DNA from: Chthonomonadales bacterium
Lineage (GTDB): Bacteria; Armatimonadota; Chthonomonadetes; Chthonomonadales; CAJBBX01
Reading direction: 5' to 3'
DNA: 64,000 nucleotides
Assembly: GCA_037443035.1 (NCBI GenBank)
Contig: JBBIPC010000001.1
Location: 288,001 to 352,000, forward strand
Positions 20,334-29,938 of the stretch are shown piece by piece; within the stretch, counting starts at the first letter, position 1, and every line of letters starts with the position of its first letter. Below the pieces are notes generated by a model that did not search any database, was not told the DNA's origin, and was given only the letters and a program-made list of their open reading frames with translations. The position numbers were made by a program, and so were the translations under genes.

Positions 20334-22345
20334 CCGTGCCGCTACTGGCCATCGCCGCGGGCGTTGGTAGTGCCATCTTGAGCCGGCGGCGGAGTACGAA
20401 CTGGCAACCTCTCGAGGAGGTACTTTTCTCGACGGCCCTCGGACTGGGCATATGTGCCTATGTACTGTTCATTCTTGGCATTGCGGGACTGTTGCGACCG
20501 ATTGCCGTGGCGACAGCGGCACTGCTCTTGATCGCGCCCGCCACATACGGTGTCTATCGTCTATATCATCAATACTCTGTAGAGGTGGCCTCGCCAGAAT
20601 CGCCTTCAGAGAGTACGTCCCCCTCTGTGACCATTGGCGGCCTCATCCTATCTGTCGTCTTGTGTGTTGCGGGTGTGACGTCTTTTCTTCAGTGTGCCTT
20701 ACCGCCTGGCGCCCACGAATGGGATTCGCTGTCGTACCACCTGGCGGTGCCCAAGGCCTTTGTGAGGGCAGGCGGCCTCATCGAGCTACCGACAGACCAT
20801 CATTCGTACTTCCCGTTTCTGACCCAGATGCTGTACACGGTAGCGATCATGGCGCACGTCCCTCTCGGAGCGAAGTTCACGCACTGGTTCTTCGGAGTGT
20901 TGGCGGCCGCTGCCGTCTACGCCATGGGACGTCGCTGGACATCGCGTACGGCAGGTCTTGTCGCTGCCGTTGTCTCTGCGGTCACTCCCATGGTTCTCTG
21001 GGAGGCCAGCACAGCCTATATCGAACTCGCTCAGACGGCCTACGTCGTACTCATGGCGCATGCTGTGCTGCTGTACAGGAGCCATCGAACAGGGGCTGAC
21101 GCTGCGGTATCTGGGGCTCTCGGTGGTCTCGCCTTAGCCGTCAAGACGCTGAGCCTTGTGCCTGTTGTCCTGCTCTCGGCGATTCTCCTATTCTCGAAAC
21201 CGAAACGAAAGCACGCGGCCGTGCATCTCCTGCTGCTCCTCCTGCTCGGTGCTCCGTTCTACATCCGGACATGGGCTCTGACTGGCAATCCTGTGTACCC
21301 CTTCGCCTATTCCGTGTTCGGAGGCAAGTACTGGGACGCGAGACGTGCGGCCATCTACGCGGGCGAGCAGCGGAGCTACGGTCTCGATGGACGTGTAGTG
21401 TCAGTGGGCGATGATCTAAGACCAGCTCGGAGACCCTACGTTTCGCCATCTGCTGCTGACCGTCTGCGGAACGTCATCCTGGCACCATTCGCACTGGTGA
21501 GCCTGCCACGCCTGTTCCACAATTACAACGACCCATGGCCGCTTGCGACACTTGGCTTCCTGCCACTTGCGTTCTTCCCGCTCGCATTTGTCCCCAACCG
21601 CATGCCGCCGGAGACGCGCGTCCTGGCGATACTGACGGCGGTGTGGTTCGCTGCTTGGTCGGTGACCATGCAATACGCGCGGTACCTCATACCACTCGTG
21701 CCAATTGCGGCACTGGCGGGTGCGTGGGGAATCGAGGCGCTCAGAAAGCAGTACCGAAGCATATGGTTGCTGGTCCTTGTAGCGATCGGGCTGCAGAGCG
21801 CGTTGGTACTCGACGTTGCCGTCAGGCGGACCATCGAGTACGCGGATGCCATCTTCAATGTGAGCGAATCCGCTGACGCCGATGCATTGAGGAGAGAGGT
21901 CAACATCTACGACAGCGCCCAGTGGATCAACCACCAGACACCGCCCGCTGCTGGCGTAGTCCTTTTCGAGGAGACCCGCGGCTACCTATTGGATGGTCCG
22001 GTTCTGTGGGGCAACAGCCCCCATAGCACGTACATACCCTACGAGACCTTCCGCAACGGTTCAGAGATGGTTAGCTGGTTCACCAAACACCACATTCGCT
22101 ATGCGCTGGTGAACTTGCAGTTCGCGCCCCAAGCTGCGACTCCTGAAGGAAGTGCCAAGTTGCGCGGTGCTAGAACGGCGTACGACTACCAGCGTCTGTT
22201 TGTATCGTGGTATCAGAAGGCGGATCGGTATGGGGAGCGCTGGCGTGCGTTGTTGGCAGACGCACTGCGAACAGGTGAGGCAAGAGTTGTGGAAGAGGCG
22301 ACGTTCCACGGCACTGTCGTTCTTGCTCTCGGCAGGAGCAAGTAG
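20324..22345 (+). CDS. GT-C-fold integral membrane glycosyltransferase (PMT/ArnT-like)
   Basis: Many TM helices; WDSLSYHLAVPK loop; R.W..TGNPVYPF; QYARYLIP. Confidence 0.7.
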   Translation: MSVTVPLLAIAAGVGSAILSRRRSTNWQPLEEVLFSTALGLGICAYVLFILGIAGLLRPIAVATAALLLIAPATYGVYRLYHQYSVEVASPESPSESTSPSVTIGGLILSVVLCVAGVTSFLQCALPPGAHEWDSLSYHLAVPKAFVRAGGLIELPTDHHSYFPFLTQMLYTVAIMAHVPLGAKFTHWFFGVLAAAAVYAMGRRWTSRTAGLVAAVVSAVTPMVLWEASTAYIELAQTAYVVLMAHAVLLYRSHRTGADAAVSGALGGLALAVKTLSLVPVVLLSAILLFSKPKRKHAAVHLLLLLLLGAPFYIRTWALTGNPVYPFAYSVFGGKYWDARRAAIYAGEQRSYGLDGRVVSVGDDLRPARRPYVSPSAADRLRNVILAPFALVSLPRLFHNYNDPWPLATLGFLPLAFFPLAFVPNRMPPETRVLAILTAVWFAAWSVTMQYARYLIPLVPIAALAGAWGIEALRKQYRSIWLLVLVAIGLQSALVLDVAVRRTIEYADAIFNVSESADADALRREVNIYDSAQWINHQTPPAAGVVLFEETRGYLLDGPVLWGNSPHSTYIPYETFRNGSEMVSWFTKHHIRYALVNLQFAPQAATPEGSAKLRGARTAYDYQRLFVSWYQKADRYGERWRALLADALRTGEARVVEEATFHGTVVLALGRSK

Positions 22346-22348
22346 GTC

Positions 22349-23731
22349 ATGAGCCGCAAGAAGAAGCTCGCTAGAGCAACGGTCCCCACCACGGCTACGG
22401 CCCGGACACCGACAGCGCCGTCGCGCGCCATGGATGTAGCACGGGTATACGGACTTGTGACCGTACTCGTCTTTCTGCTGTTCGCATGGGTACTGTCCAG
22501 TATCACTCCGCTGGCGGATACGGGGAGCTACATCAACGCACCGGATGAACGAGCGCACGTAGGGTATGTCGCAGCCATCGCCCTCGGGCACCGGTTGCCT
22601 ACGAAAGGCGACCGCGAGTTCCCTACTTACCAGTGGCACCAGCCCCCCTTCTACTACGCCGTAGCGGCACCTGCCTACCAGATAGGCCTACGCGCAATGC
22701 GCGCCGTATCTATACTATTCGCCATCGTCTCACTTTGGGCACTATGGGCTGCTGCCTCTGTAGTGTTGTCTGGTCGCCCAGCCGCGATAGCACTTGCGAC
22801 AGGAATCGTGTGCCTACTGCCCATGAGGCAAGCTGTCATGGCGGCCGTGGGCAACGAATCTGCGACTGAGTGCGTCTTCTCGCTTACGCTGTATTGCCTG
22901 ACCCTGATCCTGTGCAGAGGCGTAAGCAGGTCGCGCGTTGTCATGCTGACCGTACTGCTCACCGTGGGTCTGCTAACCAAGGCCACCTGTTTGTTGCTTC
23001 TTCCGTCTGCTTCCTTGGCCATGTTCCTTGCGTCACGCCGAGCCCAGCTCTCCCGGCGCGTCTTGTTGGGCCTGGTTCCCGTACTCTTCGCATTGGCGCT
23101 GGCGTCACCGTGGTATGTCCGCAATGCTCGCCTGTACGGCGAGATCCTGCCTCTGCGCGCTTTCCATGAGGAGTTCGCGGCAACGTCCCGTGCCACCGAC
23201 TGGATCGGCAAGCAGGAGCTGGAGGTGAATCCATGGACGGGTGATCTGCAGCCCGGACCTCTGATGACGCGCGCCGGCTACGTATCCCTCTTGGCCAACT
23301 GGACCATACGGACGTTCTTCGCAGCCTACACGCCGCCTTCCAAGCAGGCCATCGGAGCACCAGTCTTCATGCCACCAAGCGCCTACGCGGTCTTTCTTGG
23401 CATTCTGTTGGCCGGGTTACTAAGCGCCCTGTGGCATGCCTCGCTCCGGAGAACATGGAAGCCGAAGCTGGTCTCGCTCGCTATCACCCTCGGACTGTCG
23501 GCAGCGCTCGTGTCTGCCTCCTTCGCAGCCTTCACTGCAATGTACTTCCAGGCGCAAGGACGCTACCTGTACCCGGCGCTTCTGCCACTGTCCCTTGCTT
23601 GGGCCGATGGTATGGAGCGGCTGGCGCCAGAGCGGTACAAGTGGCACGTTGTGGTGGGCATCCTCGTCACGCTTGTCGTGCTCTGTGCTGCCTTCGCCTT
23701 TGCTTACGTGGCCCCTGCGTACCGGCCATGA
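22349..23731 (+). CDS. GT-C-fold membrane glycosyltransferase (DUF2142/GT39-like)
   Basis: APDERAH, HQPPFYY, WYVRN..LYG, QAQGRYLYP. Confidence 0.7.
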   Translation: MSRKKKLARATVPTTATARTPTAPSRAMDVARVYGLVTVLVFLLFAWVLSSITPLADTGSYINAPDERAHVGYVAAIALGHRLPTKGDREFPTYQWHQPPFYYAVAAPAYQIGLRAMRAVSILFAIVSLWALWAAASVVLSGRPAAIALATGIVCLLPMRQAVMAAVGNESATECVFSLTLYCLTLILCRGVSRSRVVMLTVLLTVGLLTKATCLLLLPSASLAMFLASRRAQLSRRVLLGLVPVLFALALASPWYVRNARLYGEILPLRAFHEEFAATSRATDWIGKQELEVNPWTGDLQPGPLMTRAGYVSLLANWTIRTFFAAYTPPSKQAIGAPVFMPPSAYAVFLGILLAGLLSALWHASLRRTWKPKLVSLAITLGLSAALVSASFAAFTAMYFQAQGRYLYPALLPLSLAWADGMERLAPERYKWHVVVGILVTLVVLCAAFAFAYVAPAYRP

Positions 23732-24180
23732 CAGCCGTTACCCAGTTCGTGTGTCCAACGTCTTCCGATACGATTCGAGCGGGGCATCGGCTCGGTGAAA
23801 ATCTGAGGCCCGGGGATGTCGTGCTAGTGAGCGGCGCTCTTGGGAGCGGCAAGACGACGTTCATCCAGGGCCTGGTACGCGGGTATGGAGTCGACGCTGT
23901 CGTAACAAGTCCGACCTTCGCGCTCATTCACGTTTACTCAACGGGAGACCGCACAGTAGTGCACGCTGACCCTTACCGCCTCAAGGGGGCGGCCGAGATA
24001 GCGACCATCGGTCTCGAGGAGTACCTCGACACTGACGCCGTTGTCGCCATCGAGTGGCCCGAACGACTGGGCGACCTCATCTCGGAAAGTGCCATACGCG
24101 TTGCCATTATCGCAGGACCAGACGAAGCACGGCGGATTCATGTGGTACTACCAGAGAGAAGGCAGTTGGGCGCGGGATGA
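23728..24180 (+). CDS. tsaE: tRNA threonylcarbamoyladenosine biosynthesis ATPase
   Basis: GALGSGKTTF, VTSPTFAL, HAD.YRL, IEWPE. Confidence 0.93.
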   Translation: MTAVTQFVCPTSSDTIRAGHRLGENLRPGDVVLVSGALGSGKTTFIQGLVRGYGVDAVVTSPTFALIHVYSTGDRTVVHADPYRLKGAAEIATIGLEEYLDTDAVVAIEWPERLGDLISESAIRVAIIAGPDEARRIHVVLPERRQLGAG

Positions 24181-24893
24181 GAGTTCTCGCGGCCTCGACC
24201 AGCGGGCTTGTCGCCTCCATCTGCTTGCTCGAAGATGCGATTCCGGTCACCTCCCGATCGTTCCACCACCCAATGCAACTCCTGCAGCACCTAGTACCGG
24301 AGCTCTCGCACCTCCTGGCTGAAGCGCACCTGGATTGCAAGGATGTGGATCTGTACGCGGTAGATATAGGTCCAGGTTCATTCACGGGTGTGCGAGTCGG
24401 CGTGACAGTGATGAAGTCCCTGGCCTGGGCTACGCGAAAGCCGGCCATCGGTGTGACGTCTTTGCTTGCGCTGGCCAGTGCCGAACTGGCGTCGAAGGCG
24501 CCGACGATAGTTTCCTGTGTCCGAAGCCGTCCCGGTATGGCCTACTGGCAGGCGTTCTCAAGAAGCGAGACCGGCCTGTGCAACTCTGGTGACCCCGCGC
24601 TCGATGGCTTCGACATGTTGGGTACCGGACTAAGCAGTCTCGGCATCCGCGAGTGTTGCGTTCGGTTTGCCGATCCGCGACAGGGCGAGGGCGAAAGGCT
24701 TCGCGAGGTGCTGCTGGGAAATGGCATCGGCGTAGTCGAGTTGCGATGTCTGCCCATCGCAGCCGAGGACGTGGGTCGGCTAGCGTATCTGGCCTATCAT
24801 CAGGGCACCAGCGGAGATCCTTTCGCCCTCAATCCCTGTTACGTCGTACCGCCGGAGATCGGACCTCGCCCCCGGCCATCTATGTCAGAGTGA
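24177..24893 (+). CDS. tsaB: tRNA threonylcarbamoyladenosine biosynthesis protein TsaB
   Basis: GPGSFTGVRVG, GVTSL; ATGA overlap with tsaE. Confidence 0.88.
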   Translation: MRVLAASTSGLVASICLLEDAIPVTSRSFHHPMQLLQHLVPELSHLLAEAHLDCKDVDLYAVDIGPGSFTGVRVGVTVMKSLAWATRKPAIGVTSLLALASAELASKAPTIVSCVRSRPGMAYWQAFSRSETGLCNSGDPALDGFDMLGTGLSSLGIRECCVRFADPRQGEGERLREVLLGNGIGVVELRCLPIAAEDVGRLAYLAYHQGTSGDPFALNPCYVVPPEIGPRPRPSMSE

Positions 24894-25518
24894 TGGGCTG
24901 GTAGCTTCGGATCAAGCCGATCACCTTTCCGATGACGCGGCTATCCTCGCGATTCACCTCAATGGGCTGATAGGCAGGGTTGGCGGGCATGAGACGGACT
25001 TTGCCGTTCACGAACTGAATCCGCTTCACAGTAGCTTCGTCGCCCAGCAGCACAGCGACCAGATCACCGTTCTGGGCCGTATCCTGAGGCCGTATGATGA
25101 CAAGGTCTCGCGGCAGAATGTGATCCTCGATCATGCTGTCGCCACGGACTCTAAGGACGAACGCTCCCTCGTGGTTCTTGACGATGTCCTGGGGGACGGG
25201 GACGAAGCCCTCGATGTTCTCTGTCGCGGTAATGGGTGATCCGGCAGCAATCGTCCCGACTAGCGGCAGGAACGCAACATTCTTCGCCGAGCTCCCCGTC
25301 CCAGTGCGCCCAATGACGGTAATGGACCTGGACGTGCTGGCCCGCCGGATATAGCCCTTGCGCTCGAGGGCATCCAGGTGCACGGTCACGCCACGCAGAC
25401 TCGAGAACCCGAAGGCATTACCGATCTCACGGATGCTCGGTGGATATCCCCGGGCGTGTACGTGGTCCACGATGAAGTTCAGGATCCTCGCCTGTTTCTC
25501 CGTTAGACCTTTCGTCAT
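24880..25518 (-). CDS. lexA: SOS repressor LexA
   Basis: LTEKQ..IL, GYPPSIREI, IAAG cleavage site, GDSM Ser, ATVK Lys. Confidence 0.96.
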   Translation of the reverse strand: MTKGLTEKQARILNFIVDHVHARGYPPSIREIGNAFGFSSLRGVTVHLDALERKGYIRRASTSRSITVIGRTGTGSSAKNVAFLPLVGTIAAGSPITATENIEGFVPVPQDIVKNHEGAFVLRVRGDSMIEDHILPRDLVIIRPQDTAQNGDLVAVLLGDEATVKRIQFVNGKVRLMPANPAYQPIEVNREDSRVIGKVIGLIRSYQPITLT

Positions 25519-25546
25519 GGTTCTCCCTCCGCACACATGGGAGTGA

Positions 25547-25575
25547 AGTGTACATCAACAGCCGTCTACTGTCAA
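25547..25575 (-). promoter_or_regulatory. sigma70 promoter of lexA
   Basis: TTGACA-N17-TACACT on the minus strand. Confidence 0.75.
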
Positions 25576-25639
25576 TACTTACAGCGAAAAGTTTCTGTCA
25601 TTTTCTGTTTCATCGTAAGCGTTATACCTCATCCGTTGT

Positions 25640-25669
25640 TTGACACACCTCTACAGGGTGCGGTACCAT
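25640..25669 (+). promoter_or_regulatory. sigma70 promoter for the long rightward operon
   Basis: TTGACA-N18-TACCAT. Confidence 0.55.
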
Positions 25670-25728
25670 TCGGGGACGCAGGGGGCTGTCACGGCTTCTT
25701 GGCGCAAGCCCCAGAGCGAGGCTATCCG

Positions 25729-26577
25729 ATGAAACTGTCAGCGATCACAGACGAGGTATCCCAGGACTTCGAGCATGCCCTTGAGGTCCTCCAGGAGTAC
25801 GGCGCGACGGGCGCTGAGTTGCGTGGGCTGTGGGGGACGAATATCGCGGACATCTCCCGAGAACAGGTCCGGCGCGCGAAGAAGGCGCTAGACGCCACTG
25901 GGCTCGAGGTTAGCTGTCTGGCGAGCCCCTTCTACAAGTGCGATCTGGAGAGCCCAGAGAAAACGGTGGCGGGTCGGATGCACCTGGCCCAGGCACGCGG
26001 CTATGACGAGCAGATGGCGATGCTGGAGAAGCTGTGCGACCTGGCGGATGAGTTCGGCACACGTCTAGTCCGAGTGTTCTCGTTCTGGAGGCGTCAGCCA
26101 CTGACGCCCTCCATCGAGGACCAGATCGTCGCAGCCTTCGCGAAGCCTCTCGAGATTGCAGAACGACGAGGGATCGTCTTATGCCTGGAGAACGAGCACG
26201 CATGCTATCTCGGCACGGGCGTCGAGGTCGCGCGCGTCAAGGCTCGCATTCCGTCGCAGCACCTGAAAATCTGCTGGGATCCGGGCAACGCCTTGGCTGC
26301 CGGCGAACTCCCCTACCCCGACGGCTACCAGGCCGTTCGTGGCCAGGTGGCTCACGTCCACATCAAGGACGCCGTTCTTCGTGACGGTCAACCATCCTGG
26401 TGCGTCGTGGGAGAGGGAGTGATAGACTATGCCAGCCAATTCGCAGCGCTGCACGCGGATGCGTACGACGGTTTCATCTCTCTGGAGACACATTATGTGC
26501 CACAGGGCGGAACCAGCGAAGACGGCTCGCGGCCAAGTCTGGCTGCACTCAAGCGACTCATAGAGGAACACGCATAG
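25729..26577 (+). CDS. Sugar phosphate isomerase/epimerase (AP_endonuc_2 TIM barrel)
   Basis: MKLSAITDE, LENEH, WDPGN, HVHIKD, SLETH. Confidence 0.88.
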   Translation: MKLSAITDEVSQDFEHALEVLQEYGATGAELRGLWGTNIADISREQVRRAKKALDATGLEVSCLASPFYKCDLESPEKTVAGRMHLAQARGYDEQMAMLEKLCDLADEFGTRLVRVFSFWRRQPLTPSIEDQIVAAFAKPLEIAERRGIVLCLENEHACYLGTGVEVARVKARIPSQHLKICWDPGNALAAGELPYPDGYQAVRGQVAHVHIKDAVLRDGQPSWCVVGEGVIDYASQFAALHADAYDGFISLETHYVPQGGTSEDGSRPSLAALKRLIEEHA

Positions 26578-26578
26578 C

Positions 26579-28330
26579 ATGGCGAAGAAACAGCCACCGC
26601 GGAAGACGCGCAAACAACCGAACATCACATCGATCACCTACTGGCGCAAGTTCGCCACCCACCGGATTATCTACGTAGGGTTGGCCGCACTCATCGGTCT
26701 GGGCATCGTCGCATATTTCGGGACGAGTCCTATCGCCGGCGGAGGCGCCGCTCGACGGCAGTATCTAGTGGACACGGTGGCTACCGTGAACGCTGAGCCG
26801 ATCCTCCGTGGCGATTACGAGAGGCTCGCAGAGCGTGTTCGCCGAAGTGCTGGTGGCAGTCCAAGCATGATCGTCATGCAAGAGGGCTTCCTGCTGACTA
26901 GTCTAGTCGATTCCGCGCTGCTGCGGGCAGAGGCCAAGAAGCGCGGCATCAATGTGACCGATGGCGACATCACGAAGGCCATCAACGAGATGCGCACCAT
27001 CAAGCAGGCTAACCGCACCGAGCGCCTTAGCGACGAGGACCTCCTTAAGGTTACCGGAGCCGAGACCATGAGCGATCTCCGCGACTCGGTGGCCAAGGAC
27101 TTGCTGCCTCAGTTGCTGGGACGTAGTGCTGCCAGAGCTGACCGTCTCACCTATGACGATCTCGCTCGATCGTACGATGAGATCAGGGTTCGCCATATTC
27201 TGATAGCCGTCGCTGGCGACCGAGCACCGGCCGGCAAGGGCCTTCCCGAAGAACAAGCGCGGCGGAAAGCTGAGCAGATTCTGCAAGAGCTGCGCTCGGG
27301 AGCTGACTTTGCCGCTTTGGCCAACCGCTATAGCGACGACCCGAGCAACAAAGTACCCAAGGGAGCAGGAAAGGGCGGCGACCTTGGCTGGTACAAGCGC
27401 GGTGGCGGTTTCGATCCTGCTTTCGAAGATGCTGCGTTCGCCCTCAAGCCTGGAGAGGTCAGCGGGCTTGTCCGGACGCCGTTCGGATTCCATATTATCA
27501 AGGTAGAGGAGACCAGGCGTAACCTACCCGCCGATTTCGAGAAGAACAAGGCGCAGTTGCTCGAGGAGTATCGGGCGCGCAAGGCATCCGAGGCGCTCCG
27601 CTCCATCCTCGACCAAGAGCGTCCCAAGGCGAAGATCGTCTGGAAGGATCCGGCGCTCGAGTGGCGCTACGCATACGCCAAGAGTGGTGCAATGGGTTCG
27701 ATGGCCATGTTGGGCCAGGCTCAGGGCAGCGAAGCCGATCTCATCAAGATGCTACGAGCATATGTGCCCACACACAAGACCGATTCTGCGGCCGCCCTCG
27801 TCCTCGGCCAGATACTGAACCGCCAGCTCATGATGGCGAACCTGCCTCCCCAACTAGCCGGGAAGAATGCACCGAAAGTGGATAAGGACAAGCTGCGTGC
27901 TGAAGTGATCCAGTGCTTCGAGATAGCCCTGGAGCATTCCGAAGACCAGGACACACGGTTGACACTTGCTAGGCTCTATCGAGAGGCCAACCAGCCGGAG
28001 AAGGCACTGGACCAGTACCGGATGATGCACAGGCTACTTGCGTGGGACGAGAGCACCGAGACGCGATTCGTCAGGGAGCAGATCGAGAAGGGGTTGCGCG
28101 AACTGGGTGACCTGAAGCTGGCGGACGAAGAGGCCAAGGTGATCGCCCACCTCAAAGCCAAGGAAGACCAGCAGCGCAAAGAGGCCGCCGAGAAGGCCAA
28201 GGCAGAAGCGGCTCAGCGCGCTAAGGCAGCGCCGTCCAAAGATAAGCCGGCGGGCAAGCCGACGACATCAGCGACCAGTGGCACGATCAGCATCCCAGCC
28301 CAGCCAGAGCCACCCGGCGGAAAACGCTGA
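26579..28330 (+). CDS. Membrane-anchored parvulin-type peptidyl-prolyl isomerase (SurA-N + PpiC + helical/TPR-like tail)
   Basis: N-terminal TM helix; VRHILI, DFAALANRYSDD, GGDLGW, FEDAAFAL, TPFGFHII. Confidence 0.85.
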   Translation: MAKKQPPRKTRKQPNITSITYWRKFATHRIIYVGLAALIGLGIVAYFGTSPIAGGGAARRQYLVDTVATVNAEPILRGDYERLAERVRRSAGGSPSMIVMQEGFLLTSLVDSALLRAEAKKRGINVTDGDITKAINEMRTIKQANRTERLSDEDLLKVTGAETMSDLRDSVAKDLLPQLLGRSAARADRLTYDDLARSYDEIRVRHILIAVAGDRAPAGKGLPEEQARRKAEQILQELRSGADFAALANRYSDDPSNKVPKGAGKGGDLGWYKRGGGFDPAFEDAAFALKPGEVSGLVRTPFGFHIIKVEETRRNLPADFEKNKAQLLEEYRARKASEALRSILDQERPKAKIVWKDPALEWRYAYAKSGAMGSMAMLGQAQGSEADLIKMLRAYVPTHKTDSAAALVLGQILNRQLMMANLPPQLAGKNAPKVDKDKLRAEVIQCFEIALEHSEDQDTRLTLARLYREANQPEKALDQYRMMHRLLAWDESTETRFVREQIEKGLRELGDLKLADEEAKVIAHLKAKEDQQRKEAAEKAKAEAAQRAKAAPSKDKPAGKPTTSATSGTISIPAQPEPPGGKR

Positions 28331-29192
28331 GAGGAGCGGCAGGCCGACGGGGATCCTCTACGTAGTTGCTGGCCCCATCGGTAACCTGGAGGACATTACG
28401 CTGCGCGCCCTCCGGATCCTGCGAGAAGTCACATTGGTTCTCGCAGAGGATACTCGGATTACGCGCAGACTCTTGAGCCGCTACGACATCCATACACCTC
28501 TGGTGCCCTGCCATGCCCACACCTCTCGACCCAAGATCGGGGCACTGATCGAGAGGTTGGTGGCTGGCGAGGATCTTGCGTTGGTCACAGATGCAGGTAC
28601 TCCCGGCGTTTCCGATCCCGGCGACCTTGTCGTTTCGGCGGCGATTGCGGCTGGTCAGCGGATCGTGCCAGTACCTGGCCCTAGCGCCGTCACTGCGGCC
28701 ATCTCCATTGCGGCCATACCGGGTGGCGGCTTCGTTTTCGTTGGGTTCCCGCCCCGTGGGAGATCCGACCGACAGGCGTTCTTCCGCGCGCTGGGACAAG
28801 AGAAGCGCCCGATCGTCGTATACGAGTCACCACGCAGGATACGCGAGACGCTGCAGGAGCTGTACACGCACCTTGGTAACCGAGACGTTCTTGTGGCTCG
28901 CGAGCTCACGAAGATCCATGAGGAGGTCTTTAGAGGCAAAATCGGGGATGCTCTGCAGTGGTCAGGCGAGTCGCCGCGAGGCGAGTTCACGGTCATTGTC
29001 TATCCTGGTGAGACGGTGCACCACGAGACCGAGTCGCAGGTTCGTGACGCGGACGCGCTCCTCGAGAGTCGGCTTGCTGCGGGCGATAGTCCTGCTGAGG
29101 CGGCCAAGTATGTTGCTACGGTGACAGGACTGCGGCGCAGCCAACTCTACAGGCGGTTGCTCCAGTTGCGCCAGCTTTCCGGGGATGCCTGA
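28278..29192 (+). CDS. rsmI: 16S rRNA C1402 2'-O-methyltransferase
   Basis: PIGNLEDITLRA, AEDTR, DAGTPGVSDPG, YESPRR, RELTKIHEE. Confidence 0.95.
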   Translation: MARSASQPSQSHPAENAERSGRPTGILYVVAGPIGNLEDITLRALRILREVTLVLAEDTRITRRLLSRYDIHTPLVPCHAHTSRPKIGALIERLVAGEDLALVTDAGTPGVSDPGDLVVSAAIAAGQRIVPVPGPSAVTAAISIAAIPGGGFVFVGFPPRGRSDRQAFFRALGQEKRPIVVYESPRRIRETLQELYTHLGNRDVLVARELTKIHEEVFRGKIGDALQWSGESPRGEFTVIVYPGETVHHETESQVRDADALLESRLAAGDSPAEAAKYVATVTGLRRSQLYRRLLQLRQLSGDA

Positions 29193-29197
29193 CGGGT

Positions 29198-29920
29198 ATG
29201 GCAGTGGCGTCGGACACCGCGGACGGACCGCTCCTATCGGTGATCATCCCTGTCTACAACGAGAAGGCGACGGTCGAAGAGATCCTGCGCCGAGTGCTAG
29301 CCGCACCATTCCGGAAGGAAGTGATTGTGGTGGACGACGGTTCGACAGATGGCACGGCCGATATCCTATCTGCGCGCATCGAGGGCCGCTATGGTCAAGT
29401 CGGAATCCTGCGCCATGCATCCAATCGCGGCAAGGGTGCCGCTATCCGCACGGCCATACCCCACTGCCGCGGCGAATTCATACTCATCCAAGATGCGGAC
29501 CTGGAATACGATCCTTCGGACTACCAGGCGCTACTGGAACCACTCTTGGACGGCCGAGCAGACGTTGTCTACGGCTCCCGGTTTCTCGGTGGCGGAGCAC
29601 ACCGGGTGCACCTGTTCTGGCATCGGGTTGGCAACGGCCTCCTGACAACCCTCTCCAATATGCTGACGAACCTCAACTTGACCGACATGGAAGTCGGCTA
29701 CAAGGTATTCCGCGCGGAAGTTCTCAGGAGCATGAAGCTTCGCAGCAATCGGTTCGATATCGAACCCGAGATAACGGCGAAGGTCGCCCGCCGCCGATAT
29801 CGGATCTATGAGGTGCCGATCTCGTATTCAGGCAGGGACTACTCGGAAGGTAAGAAAGTCAGTTGGCGTGACGGCGTTGTCGCCCTTTGGACGATCCTGA
29901 GGTACCGTATTGCCGACTAG
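29198..29920 (+). CDS. GT2 glycosyltransferase (polyprenol-phosphate glycosyltransferase-like)
   Basis: IIPVYNE, VDDGSTDGT, QDADLEYDP, YGSRF, YSEGKK. Confidence 0.9.
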   Translation: MAVASDTADGPLLSVIIPVYNEKATVEEILRRVLAAPFRKEVIVVDDGSTDGTADILSARIEGRYGQVGILRHASNRGKGAAIRTAIPHCRGEFILIQDADLEYDPSDYQALLEPLLDGRADVVYGSRFLGGGAHRVHLFWHRVGNGLLTTLSNMLTNLNLTDMEVGYKVFRAEVLRSMKLRSNRFDIEPEITAKVARRRYRIYEVPISYSGRDYSEGKKVSWRDGVVALWTILRYRIAD

Positions 29921-29938
29921 GACTGGGAGTGAGTACGC

